Assembly (NCBI GenBank): GCA_030141605.1
Contig: JAQGDQ010000572.1
Span: 62,001 to 126,000 of the forward strand
DNA: 64,000 bases
Origin: Tubiluchus corallicola
Taxonomy: Eukaryota; Animalia; Priapulida
Direction: 5' to 3'
Part shown: piece after piece, positions 49,459 to 60,632 of the stretch
Layout: each line of letters starts with the position of its first letter
How positions within the stretch are numbered: position 1 is the stretch's first letter
Notes under the pieces: model-generated
What the model was told of the DNA's origin: nothing
What the model saw: only the letters and a program-made list of their open reading frames with translations
The model's database searches: none
Translations under genes and position numbers: made by a program

Positions 49459-50268
49459 CTACCTCATCCATGCATCATCGCTTCTGAGAAACGAAGAATC
49501 CCTTTTGCCAATTTGACACTTAATACCCCTGACAGGTTGTGGTATCTGGTACCAAATTAAGTCATCTACGATCGCTTTTTTGTCTTCAGGTGAGTCATCG
49601 GTCACATGATCTATAACTTCACTATAACCACTGTCAGTCAGAGAAGAACTCACCTGCGTATCTACTGATTCACAGTCACTGCCTTGATTGCAACTTCCTT
49701 TGTCCAAAAGAGGTGACTTTGTCCTGCAAATATTTCCCCTGCCTACGGGCTCAACATTAATAGTTAAGCAACTGAAGGAACTCAGCGATGAATCACCAAT
49801 AACTTTACTGTCGCCACAATCGTTTATTCTGGTACGTTCTGGGCTGTCAGTCAAATGCACTACGTGAACCTTTCCACGCATCGAAGGAATAAATGACAAC
49901 TTCGGTACAAACCAATCAACGATATGATTTCTCTTAGTTTGAAACATAACAAAGATGTTCGTGACGGAGAAAGGCTTCAAATCGAGAAACACGCTGTTGG
50001 TAACAAGGTAATGAAATAATTTTCTTGAACAAAGCTTTGCAGAAGTACTGCATTGTGTGTCATGCACTGACTCGAAGCTGAACACATACTGCTCCTTAGG
50101 AGAGGCGGCGGTTGCACCAAGTAACAAGTGAATTCTGCTCACCGGCACTCCGCTAGTAATCAGTTTGTCGACATTGTCAAAAAGTTCTTTCAGTGACGAT
50201 ACACACTTCTGAAGTTTTCTTCGCTGTAGACTTGATAAGACATCTTTCCCAACGTTATTGTACCATTT
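49459..50268 (-). CDS. MAD2L1BP: MAD2L1-binding protein (p31comet), exon 2
   Basis: LLLGATAASPKEQY, CSRKLFHYL, WFVPKL, LIWYQIPQPVRG motifs; acceptor ttttaacag|, phase 0. Confidence 0.88.
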   Translation of the reverse strand, partial: KWYNNVGKDVLSSLQRRKLQKCVSSLKELFDNVDKLITSGVPVSRIHLLLGATAASPKEQYVFSFESVHDTQCSTSAKLCSRKLFHYLVTNSVFLDLKPFSVTNIFVMFQTKRNHIVDWFVPKLSFIPSMRGKVHVVHLTDSPERTRINDCGDSKVIGDSSLSSFSCLTINVEPVGRGNICRTKSPLLDKGSCNQGSDCESVDTQVSSSLTDSGYSEVIDHVTDDSPEDKKAIVDDLIWYQIPQPVRGIKCQIGKRDSSFLRSDDAWMR

Positions 50269-50597
50269 CTGTTAAAATAACGAAAAAATTAAATGCAATA
50301 AAAAAACAATATACTTCTCATCTTTCTCTCCAGACTTGAACTGTGACAATCTTTCAAATAATATTTTCAGAATTCATTGTGAAATGTAGGACTCACCTCA
50401 GTCAGTCTTCATTGAAAACTGAAACCGAGATTATTTGCAAGAATTTAAAATTGTACCTAGGCTGCAGATGTTTTGCAATACAATATCATCTAGTTAATAT
50501 TATAATCGCTTCCTAAATTTCTCAAATAACTTAACTTCAAACTAGGCAAATTAGTTAGAGAATTAAGAATTAGATATGAAACTAAAAGCCAATTTAC

Positions 50598-50780
50598 CTT
50601 ACAGGATAGTTCTTCCATTTGCTGAAAAGGCAAAGGTATAATATTCCTGTGATACAAGACGTATTTGATCAATTCTATCGTTAACTGCGACTGAATGGTA
50701 AAATCTATGGAACAACCTAAATTTATAAAGGAATGTACAGTTCTATCAATGTACACAGCATGACTGTAGGGATCCGCCAT
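50598..50780 (-). CDS. MAD2L1BP: MAD2L1-binding protein (p31comet), exon 1
   Basis: ELIKYVLYHRNIIPLPFQQM matches ELLKHIMYQRQQLPLPYEQL; donor AAG|GTAAAT, phase 0. Confidence 0.88.
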
Positions 50781-51189
50781 GACTGCTTGTAAAGAAGTTT
50801 AGCGTAGGATTCGGCTTGCTAAATTTAAATGACATTTTACCATTTTTAGAAAATATAATCAAACAAACTTTCAAAAATAGAAAACCATTAAAATTTTAAA
50901 AATTTAGTGGTAACACATTAAGTTCAACAATGTTCAATTAGTTATTTGCTACAAACAAATTGTGCACGAATTTTGGCAATGACACAACGGCCATTTTTAA
51001 TCTGCCCGGCAACTTGAGTGAAGGCGGTTTATAGATTCAAGTAGCTCTTTGAAAAACATCTCTTTTTAAAGTAAGTTCGTTGAATAACTTTCTTAAGAAA
51101 CCATTTTGTTTTGTATGAATGCACGGTCGCTTGGATAAAAACCATTAGCTTTACTTAATTATTGTGTTTATCAACAAATTTAACGTGCA

Positions 51190-51390
51190 AACTGCGAGGA
51201 CTTGGTTTGCCGGTTTAATCGTTGTGTGTACTTTGAATACAGCAGCGCGCATGCTGTACCTACGTGAGCAGCCAAGCGCGCGTGCTTCAAGAGTGCTGGC
51301 GTTAGACGCTCTGTGGGGGTGACGACCGGCGCGTGGGTCGGCTTTGTTCTTGCACCTGGTTGATGCTCAGATCTGGTACCGTGTGTAAGG
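51190..51390. promoter_or_regulatory. Putative bidirectional promoter for MAD2L1BP and DNPH1
   Basis: CpG/GC-rich patch (gcgcgcatgc, NRF1-like) between divergent start codons 923 bp apart. Confidence 0.5.
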
Positions 51391-51703
51391 AAAATGTGTA
51401 TTTAGCTGACTTAGTTGTATAGTTTAGCCAGTTCGAATATACTAGGAATTGTGGGTGCATATCTGCTTCGCAAGAAAGTGTGTAATAAAAGGTTGTATTT
51501 AATATTTCTTTTATTTGTCTAAAGTATGTTTTTAGAAACGACATTTTATGTTTAAATAGATAGCTAATACTGCAAATAATTGAATACTTGAACATTAAAG
51601 TGTTCCATAAAATGATAAATGAATAAAAAGATATTAATTTAAATGTCACACTCTTTTGCAACTGTCAAACAAATCTTTGTTTCAGGTAGACTATATATTC
51701 ACT

Positions 51704-51842
51704 ATGGCAGACATATATTTTTGTGGAAGCATCCGTGGAGGCCGCCAAGATGCTGAACTTTACGGTCGCATCATTACGAAGCTGAAAGAATTTGGTACTG
51801 TTCTCACAGAACATGTAGGAAACAAAGAAGTTGGAGAAAAAG
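51704..51842 (+). CDS. DNPH1: 2'-deoxynucleoside 5'-phosphate N-hydrolase 1, exon 1 (MADIYFCGSIRGGRQD...VLTEHV)
   Basis: YFCGSIRGG and GTVLTEHV signatures; donor G|GTATGA, phase 1. Confidence 0.95.
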
Positions 51843-52233
51843 GTATGATATAAATGCATTTTTATTTTTTATATAACTTTATACTTACATAACATTTAAA
51901 TAATCATAATAATTACTTGTACAATATAGATGCTTTATGTACTTACAGTGGGTACAGTATATTAATTACTGATACCACTCACTTAGCACTAAAACCACGT
52001 GGACTTTAAATTCTTTTTATTCTGTTGCTGTTCACACTGCCGTGGATACGCTCGATCGTCTTCACCACCAGTGACGAGCAAACAGACATCAATAAAAAGT
52101 GTCTGTTTGCAAGATCGACAACACGATCAATTCGATTTAGAAATCACACCAAATATCTTTGACGTCAATTTGCCTTTACTGTTCACTTGTCTTTAATTAT
52201 ATTTTTAGTTTCAACAGCTCGTTAACGTACATC

Positions 52234-52460
52234 CTAGTCAGTAGTAATTTTATTTATGTTCCATTCACTTATATGTTGCACAGATAGGCCCAACTTATTG
52301 ATATTCATAGCTTTACATTCAAAAACATTCGCAGTAGTATCCTCTGTTACCTGACATAAAGAACATTTAAGATCCCCTTTATACAGATTTTTGAAATTTG
52401 CCTTAACATCTAAGATATTAAGTCTAATTGACATAATATCTTTCATTTCGTCTAACCTAC
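52234..52460 (-). mobile_element. Non-LTR retrotransposon C-terminal zinc-finger fragment
   Basis: RLNILDVKANFKNLYKGDLKCSLCQVTEDTTANVFEC resembles the CxxC...H/N...C finger after LINE RT. Confidence 0.65.
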
Positions 52461-52663
52461 ATACATTTGTCGAAATACACTAGCAACAGTAAATTTTCGA
52501 TTTTCTAGACATTACTGTATATAGTTTATTAGCACTTAACTGACAACTGATTCAATTTGTTTGTGTTAATTTTCTTTTGCTGTAGTATGTAAAAGCATTC
52601 GTATGTAAAACCCGACAAATTTCATTTATTATACATGTACTATAATGTAAGAACAATAAATTA

Positions 52664-53141
52664 CAGTCATACCTCGGTTTTCGACCAGAAAATTCGAGTT
52701 GAAATTGTCTCCGCTTTCGACCAGAATTTCGGTACTCGACCAGCCGCCAAACACGTGATGAACGCATGCGCGGTGAGCCGAGTAGAGCCGAGCGTAACCG
52801 ATTGAGCCCGAGAGTAGTCACACACGTGTTTCTGCTCTTGCTTACGTATACCATCACACTGCTACCAACACTTAAGGTTTTTCATGCAGGAATAATTATG
52901 TTTTTCTTTCTAAGGAATTCTATTATGTTTATCTTATCAATAATATCACATCTACTGTTTTAATAAACATTTTTGCATTATTATATTTCGTTTTAGTAAT
53001 ACTTCACAGTTCATTTGGTGCTTGAGAACAGATTATTTGCTTTTACATTATTTCTTATGAGAATAAATGATTCGGTACTCAACCAAATCAGTTTTCAAAC
53101 ACTTTAGGAATGAATTATGGTCGAAAACCGGGGTATGACTG
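52664..53141. mobile_element. Tigger/pogo-like MITE
   Basis: TA|CAGTCATACCTCGGTTTTCGACCA...TGGTCGAAAACCGGGGTATGACTG|TA. Confidence 0.88.
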
Positions 53142-54439
53142 TACTTACTAACTCACATACTTTCTTGGTTGCTTACTTACTAAGTTGCTTACTTATTTGT
53201 TTACTTACTTGCTTAATTCCTCCCGTCAAGAATAGGGACAATGAATAAAAGTTCCTCTATTAAAAAACGGAAAAAGAAAGAAAGGGCACAACATTTTGAA
53301 CTAGAAGTTGATTGTTGCTGGTTTAAAGCAGCATGAATGTTTAAAATCGTCTTCATCTTACGGTTGTATTCATGAATTTTGATTTTTGCTGAGATTAATT
53401 TTTTGTGAAAAGTCTCTTGATTTTAAGTTGCGTGCTGTTGATTCTCAAAGTTTTTTTATGGAAAAATTTTCGACTGATGGAGTTTCGTGTGAACTAGAGG
53501 TTCGGCGGAGCTTATTTTTCCGAAACCGAATCGCGTTGTTTCGGTGTAGCAAAGCTTCATCCCACGCCATATTTTGAAAACTACCTCTGTAATCACTTCA
53601 AGTGAACATAAAAAGACAAAAAGTGGAAAATCGCAAGAAATTACTAAAACTACTAAGCTAATTTCTGGGAGTTTTGTATATGCATATTGTGGGGGGTCGC
53701 AGGATTAAACCGTCATGGGCTTCGTGAAAATGTAGTGTATTGAATATAAAATTGCGTGGGCCAATCAGAGCTCAGTTTTCTAGGCCAATTTTCTCGAGCG
53801 TGCAACCTGTTCTCGTAGATTCGAGGGCAGTGCGTTCTCGGCCATGTTCGGCTTCGGGTTTCATTTTGTTTTTCTCTTCTTGGTTGCTGTTATTAAGTCG
53901 GTCGTGATTCAGTAATTTTTGGTTTAATCCCTTGGTTTGCATTTCGACTCGACGCGTAAGCGTCAGCTATAAACTGTTGCTAAGTGTTTCATTTTACTGT
54001 TTTTCTTTCTTTTCTTTTTTTTTATAATTTTCTTTACTTAATGATGAATCCTCGCTATCATAGACGGCATCACAATATTATTAACATGCAAAGATATAAG
54101 CACATAGAAAAACACAGAAGTACAGTAGATAAAAATACAGAATAAAATCATTAGCTGGTCACAAAGAACAGAATAGATCATCAAAAATCGCTCTGTATTT
54201 TTTTACATTATTATGATATATTATGTGTTATAAAGTAAATTTCATTTGCCATTGTTCTTATGTTTCTATTGTCAGATTTTTATTTCAGTTCTTGTTTCAG
54301 TTCTTATTTCAGTTATTTTCAGTTTGATTTTTTTTTTATATTATGCACTTATTATTACTGTGTATGAATTGTACTAACACGTTATAAGCATATCAATTTA
54401 ATGTCATTCGTTACAATTTAGTTTTTATTATAAGCAGTA

Positions 54440-54618
54440 CTAACACTAATACACTGTAGCATAACGCCTATAAAAATGTTCATCACTAACCAAAGGGCAG
54501 CTGACTAGATGACCAAATGGTCTTTCGCTGCCCTTTCTTCACATTTTTGTTACCAAATTAATTGTATTGTAACTGTGCGTGTGTTAAAAGATAAATAAAA
54601 GATTATTATTATTATTAT
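54440..54618 (+). mobile_element. LINE (CR1/L2-like) 3' end
   Basis: Stem-loop gggcagc...gctgccc, AATAAA and (ATT)n tail; related ends at about 56430-56550 and 12690-12810. Confidence 0.55.
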
Positions 54619-54696
54619 AATAGATACAATAGAAACTTTGTTTTTCATTGTTTATAGTAATGTTTGATTTCACGATCAGTTATAATTATTTTGCAG

Positions 54697-54759
54697 GTGA
54701 CGACATTGACGAGAGAGAAATTCATGATCGCAATATGAAATGGTTGGACCAGGCTGAAT
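54697..54759 (+). CDS. DNPH1: DNPH1 exon 2 (GDDIDEREIHDRNMKWLDQAE)
   Basis: Aligns to IHEQDLEWLQQAD; ttgcag| and T|GTAAGC, phase 1-1. Confidence 0.92.
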
Positions 54760-54807
54760 GTAAGCAGTTTTCTTTGCTATGATCCTTAACAATAATAGTC
54801 CTTAAAG

Positions 54808-55260
54808 CAGGGATGAGAATTTTCCGCGGATATGTGGAATTCCGAGTTTTTGGAAGACCAGTAGTGCCATTTTTGTAAATCGCGTAAATTCGTTGAGAAA
54901 ATCCAGTACATTATTTCACAAGCTGACCGCTAGTTGGCAGACCGTCACTTTGTTTACGTCACGTACATCAGTGTAACCACGTGTATATCTCTATGTATAA
55001 AAATATAGAATCAATTGTGCAGAGTTATTTGAGTCAATTGCAGACAGTTTTTATATACTTTTACATAGGAGCGGCCAGTACTTAGGCATTTTTGAGACAA
55101 TTAGGTATCATGTATCCTTGATAGTTGTGGTATTTTAAATTATGCATGAAACAAGGTAAGTAATATTTTAAGTCCACTTAGAGGCTCTCTATGGCCTACG
55201 CGGCCCCCAAACCCCCGGCCTGTTTCAGAGTTTTTTTGCAATTTCTCATTCTCTTCCCTG
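54808..55260 (+). mobile_element. hAT-like MITE
   Basis: TIR CAGGGATGAGAAT; TSD ccttaaag/ccttaagg; second copy at about 58380-58818. Confidence 0.82.
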
Positions 55261-55837
55261 CCTTAAGGCATGTTTCTTCCCATTCTAAACACGAAGTTTT
55301 GTTTAAAATAATGAGTGCAGCATTAAAAGAAATCAGACTCATCTTAAAGTATGGTCCAAAATGATCTGTCCTGTAAAGTATTGAAAGCGAACTTTTTTCA
55401 AGAATGTCTTGCGTAAATGAATTATTATGACAGAATGGTAACTTCGTGTTCGCACAACTAGTTCTTCGCTATTACATGTATATCACCATTTACTAGTTAA
55501 CTAGACACTAGTGCGTGTATCTCGGATATCGATTGCACAGAAAACGGGTGCTGTACCTTTCACTTCTGCGGTGTTCAATTGTGATGTACAGCTCAAATCT
55601 GTACAGTACCACTGCATTTCAGTTTTCGCAAAGACGTGGAATGTTTTTGTTGTTGAAAATTACGTTCAATCATGACGTCATCACTAGTTGGGCTGTGCTG
55701 CGATAATTTATGTTTTTAAATCGATTATATAAGTATTATCAGAAGTTCTTTGGCATTTTTATAAGTCTTAAAATGTTCAATTTTTACCATATTTCAAAAT
55801 GGGTTAGGATATGAAAACTGATCTTGTTTTCCATTGA

Positions 55838-56156
55838 AGGAAAACTGGACAATTGTTTAGACTCAATCTCGTTTTAATTTACTGTCTCAAATATACGTTT
55901 TCTTGCCTATAAAAGTTAGTAATTGTTTCTTATATTTGAATAATTAACTTAGGAAGTAAATTAACGGCAACCGAACAAAATGGCGCCTTTGCCAATCTTA
56001 GTAGATTCGCTGAGTCGCGCGTAGCTTTGAAAGTTTAACGAAATTTGAGCATTCGGGGTAATTATTACTTAATTCGAAAAAAAGCTATTGTAGTTTTCAA
56101 TATTTTAGAGCATACTTTATTCTGAACTCGTGTTTACACAATCGTCTAGTTTTCCT
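55838..56156 (-). mobile_element. Kolobok-like MITE family D, deleted copy
   Basis: AGGAAAACT termini flanked by TTGA on both sides. Confidence 0.75.
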
Positions 56157-56726
56157 TTGACTATTTTCATTACTACGAGTTATTTTAACAGTGTTTAAGT
56201 CTAAAAATTAGCATAATGTTGTATTAATTAATTAGCTAATAATTAATTAGTCAACTTATAATAATTGTGTATAAACAGTGTCGTCAAATGCTTGCAAAGA
56301 CTTAATATTTAGTGATACGAAGCTGGAATTGCATTTCTGCTTTGAGTTGATTTTCATTGCTTTTGCCTTTTATACATACACTAACACCTAAAAAATGTCA
56401 TGAGCCTGTGAGTAAACTTGTATTTTTAATAAGGGGCAGCTGACCAAGTGACCAATAGGTCTTTGGCTGCTCCTTCTCAGTTGCAATGAAATGTAAAAAT
56501 AATTATGACGAATTTTAACTGCTGTTGAGAAAATAAAATTGAATTGAATTTAAGCAGCTTTCAACTGGGTAAGTTTGAGCAATTGCTTTATTAAAGTCAA
56601 ATCTTAGTATTGCTGCAAATGTGCATACTTACACGAGTGATGACTTCTGCATGTGATTATATTTTTTGGCAATGCTGCTTTTCCGACGAATTTTTTCATT
56701 TTATCATACGTGTTTTTTTGCTTTAG

Positions 56727-56837
56727 TCGTGGTAGCCGAGGTAACAGTTCCGTCGTTAGGCGTCGGCTATGAGATTGGACAAGCTATTAATATGGAAAAG
56801 AAAGTGCTGTGCCTCTTTAGGGAGTCAAGTGGAAAAT
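56727..56837 (+). CDS. DNPH1: DNPH1 exon 3 (VVAEVTVPSLGVGYEIG...LCLFR)
   Basis: Conserved PSLGVGYE with catalytic Glu; phase 1-1. Confidence 0.95.
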
Positions 56838-57390
56838 GTAAGTTGAGTATTTCTAGTGTTATGCTTATGTGTAATCTTATGTATGTACGTAGTTTATTGA
56901 CTAAAACAAGTTACATGTATACACAAGGAACGAGGTAAATGCCACAATCGATACATTAGTGATTTTAGTCCAAATGATGCCACCTTCAGGTGTTCTTGTT
57001 AAAATTGTTAAATCTTTCTCTTTACTGTTTAAATTTTCATTGGCTTCTACAGTTTATGAATGCATAATCTGTAAACCTGTTTTCACACCTAAATGATTTC
57101 ACCTGTAGTTTTGGTCACTTGGTTTTCTGCTTTTCAACATGACACTACTTTGCTGATTATGTAGACACTTCAGAATAAAATCTTAAAACTAAATTTCAAG
57201 TTTTTTGGTTTCTTCAAACCAAAACTTACGTAGAGAAATATATGGTCTATGCGTTCACAACCTTGGGATCGCGGGATTGTCCAAAAACTATTTTTTTTAA
57301 AAATGCTGTTTTCATTAAAAGTATATAAGTAGGTCTTGTTTCCCCAGTCTCTCATTACATCGTTTTGTTCTGGAAAGTGAAACCATGTTA

Positions 57391-58024
57391 TACAGGTTTT
57401 ACAAATCAAATGTAGACCGACGTTAACTCAAATGTAGATTTGGGTAATTCAAATGTGTCTTGGTAACTCAAATGTAGACGTAGGTAGTTCAAATGTGTTA
57501 ACAATGGTTTTCAAGACATCTTAAGCGTTTTTGGTTAGTCAAATGTACACACATGTCAAGTCAAATGTGACATTGGTATCTCAAATGTGGATAGGTGTTA
57601 AAGTTTAAGGATGTTAAATTTAATCTTCTTTAATTTCAATTTAATAATTGCTCTTAAGTTAAAATAGCAACGTTATAGGTCTACTAATGGCTCACTAATA
57701 TTCTGTAAACTTTACATACCATTGGAACTGTTAGAGAAAACAATACATCCTTAAAATAAACAATGTTTCTTGCGAGAAACTAATTCATTAATGCAGTGCT
57801 AATGCATTACTTAAAAAAATAATTAGGGATTCACTGTTCACTGGGAAGTGATGCTGCCGATAGCAGCATGACCATAAAATATAATTTTAATTTGGTTTTA
57901 TCTTTTTGTAATTTGCACTTAAATGAATTAATTACCGATTTATTCAAAGTACCGCATCTACATTTGATTTACCTAAGTCACATTTGAACTTTCCTGGGTC
58001 TACATTTGATGTGTAAAACCTATA
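57391..58024 (+). mobile_element. MITE family C copy
   Basis: Same TIRs and body as 27261-27897. Confidence 0.85.
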
Positions 58025-58379
58025 CTAAATGCGGTATACTAGTGCTTGATTTTCCAGGAAAATGAAAATGCGTGTTGTTTCGTGCTGTATATTTTGTGAA
58101 CACCTTGTTTTCCAGTTTCGCGTTACTGATTTATCATATAATTATCGATTATTGTATAGTCTCTTTTTTGTTATTTTGTACGAATGTATGTCCTGATAAT
58201 TATGATATAAGCGAAAACACTACTCGGCCATTAATACACCAATTTGGCAGAAAATTTGATACTTTTTAGCCTCCAACACAATCAGCATCATACAATATCT
58301 CAGCAGTTATTCAAATAATTTTTACACAGATGCATTTAACCAGATATTTATGTAGAGATTTAGGCTTTAATGTAATTTA

Positions 58380-58818
58380 ATTCCGAGTTTTTGGAAGACC
58401 AGTAGTGCAATTTTTGTAAATCGCGTAAATTCGTTGAGAAAATTTTTACAATTTTTACATTATTTCACAAGCTGACCGCTAGTTGGCAGGCCGTCACTTT
58501 GTTTACATCACGTACATCAGTGTAACCACGTGTATATCTCTATGTATAAAAATATAGAATCAATTGTGCGGAATTATTTGAGTCAATTGCAGACAGTTTT
58601 TATATACTTTTGCATAGGAGCGGCCAGTACTTAGGTGTTTTTGAGACAATTAGGTATCATGTATCCTTGATAGTTGGGTATTTTAAATTATGCATGAAGC
58701 AAGGTAACTGATATTTTAAGTCCACTTAGAGGCTCTCTATGGTAACAAAATTGCAATTTGTTTCTGCCTACGGCCTGTTTCAGAGTTTTTTTTTTGCAAT
58801 TTGTCATTCTCATCCCTG
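58380..58818 (+). mobile_element. hAT-like MITE, 5'-truncated copy of 54808-55260
   Basis: High identity; retains the right TIR attctcatccctg. Confidence 0.8.
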
Positions 58819-58898
58819 TTATAATTGATAAGGAGCGTTATGGCTCTTGTTTTCATGTAAATGATCGACTGAAAATAAATTTTTACTTAATACTGTAG

Positions 58899-59020
58899 CT
58901 CTGTCATGTATGATTCGAGGACTGGACAACGGTAGTTCGGTCATCGTCAAGGATTACAAAGAGGATGATCTTCCCGCAATACTGCAAGAATTCTTCAGCG
59001 AAGCTAACAATGGGGTGGAG
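58899..59020 (+). CDS. DNPH1: DNPH1 exon 4 (SLSCMIRGLDNG...DY...FF); reads to 59053 if unspliced
   Basis: Matches LSAMIRGA...WDY; donor GAG|GTTAGT, phase 0. Confidence 0.9.
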
Positions 59021-60056
59021 GTTAGTATACGATCGCAATGCTGCTGTTTATAATGTATTTAACACGACGGTGTTCTTAGTAACTTTGATAAACTTGGAGT
59101 ATGATTTCTCTTGGCTACGTATTACTAAATCCATTTCATCTAGTTTTTCAACTACCTTTGTTTGGGCTTTCAAAAACCAAATCGAAATTCCAAGCTTCGA
59201 TTAAATTTTGCTCTTTCTTTGCTCTTTATTACCCAAAATATGTCCATCTAAACATAATAAGAAATTAGTGCCAAAAAATAACACTAGCCAAAAGTCAATT
59301 TTACATAATTAAGTGTTATACTCTGCACTGTCATATTAATTATTACCCAGCTGTTATTTTAAACTAAATTTAAGTTTTTTAAAGTAATTAGAGGATATAC
59401 ATACGTTATTAGCCCCAAATCATGAGCAATTGTAAACAGATAACGACAATATCTTATTAACTTATCATGACACGTATTCACTTCACGGCAGACCTCTGAC
59501 CCAGATCAAATTGATCACGTGATTAGGCCAAAAATCGCCACAAGGTGGCCAAAGCCAACAACAAGCGAAGGCTGTTAAGCACGCCAATGCAAGATTTCCA
59601 GTACATGCTTTCATTCAAATTAAAATGGCGAATAATCGAAAGATTGTGTAGATAGTTGTTCTGTCGAATTGGTCGTAAGATGACTTGCGTTCAAGTATGT
59701 TCAATTGGTGCATCTCTACACGTAAAACGTTGTGTGTGCGTGCGTGCATTAGGTATAGCGGCGCATACACAGCAGATAGCAGTTTAAAATTAATTTGCCG
59801 AAAAAGAAGAAAGAATTATGAGTTCTTATTAGTTTTGTATAACTAGTTTCGTTAAGGTGTTAAATGTTTGGCGATGTTAAAACGAAATGTCGCTAAACAG
59901 AGTGTCGTTAAGCGAGGACTTTCTGTATTTCGAAATTTGTGTGAGCCATCTCATCTTATCTAAACTCCACATTTTTGACATTGTGACTAAAAAATTCAAC
60001 CCGAAATATAATAACTGTCGGTTGTGTGTCTGTTTGTCTGTCTGTCTGTTTATATA

Positions 60057-60524
60057 CAGTCAACCCCGGATATAAGGGACGCCTCGGGACCGAAAAAACG
60101 TCCCTTGTATCCGATGTCCTTTATAGCTGAAGTTGTGTCAGAACGAGGGTGTATCTAGACCTGTACTTCTCTGTATTTTTATGGATTATTGCTACACAAT
60201 GCGGTATGTAGGAAGCTCCTTCAGTGATGTAAGATGTATGTGACCACGGAAACCGAGCTGTTTGAAGGCCGAGTTTGTGAAAAATTGAGGTTAAAAATCG
60301 ATCAATTTCGCTTTGTCCCTTATATGTGAGGTAATTTACCTGGGTTTCTATTACTCGGACCTGAAGACGTCGTCCCTTATAACTGAAAGTCCCTTATATC
60401 CGAGTACCTTATACCCGAAGATTTTTAAATAGGAAAAACGTTACGAAAAATTGGGACCGGTGTTGGTTGTCCCTTGTAAGCAAATGTCCCTTACAAGCGA
60501 GTACCTTATACCCGATGTTGACCG
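60057..60524 (-). mobile_element. Tigger-like MITE family A, inverted copy
   Basis: TA|CAGTCAACC...GTTGACCG|TA; reverse complement of 9789-10262. Confidence 0.8.
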
Positions 60525-60551
60525 TAGTACATATTTATTTTTTCTTTTTAG

Positions 60552-60632
60552 GGGGAAGAAGAAGGAGAGGGGGAGGATGCTGATGAAGAAGATATTGCGG
60601 GTGAGGAAGAGGAACCGGAAGAAGGGGAGTAA
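60552..60632 (+). CDS. DNPH1: DNPH1 putative exon 5, acidic tail GEEEGEGEDADEEDIAGEEEEPEEGE*
   Basis: Strong polypyrimidine acceptor ttttcttttag|, phase 0 matching the exon-4 donor, purine-rich coding-like composition, stop at 60630-60632. Confidence 0.7.
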   Translation, partial: GEEEGEGEDADEEDIAGEEEEPEEGE

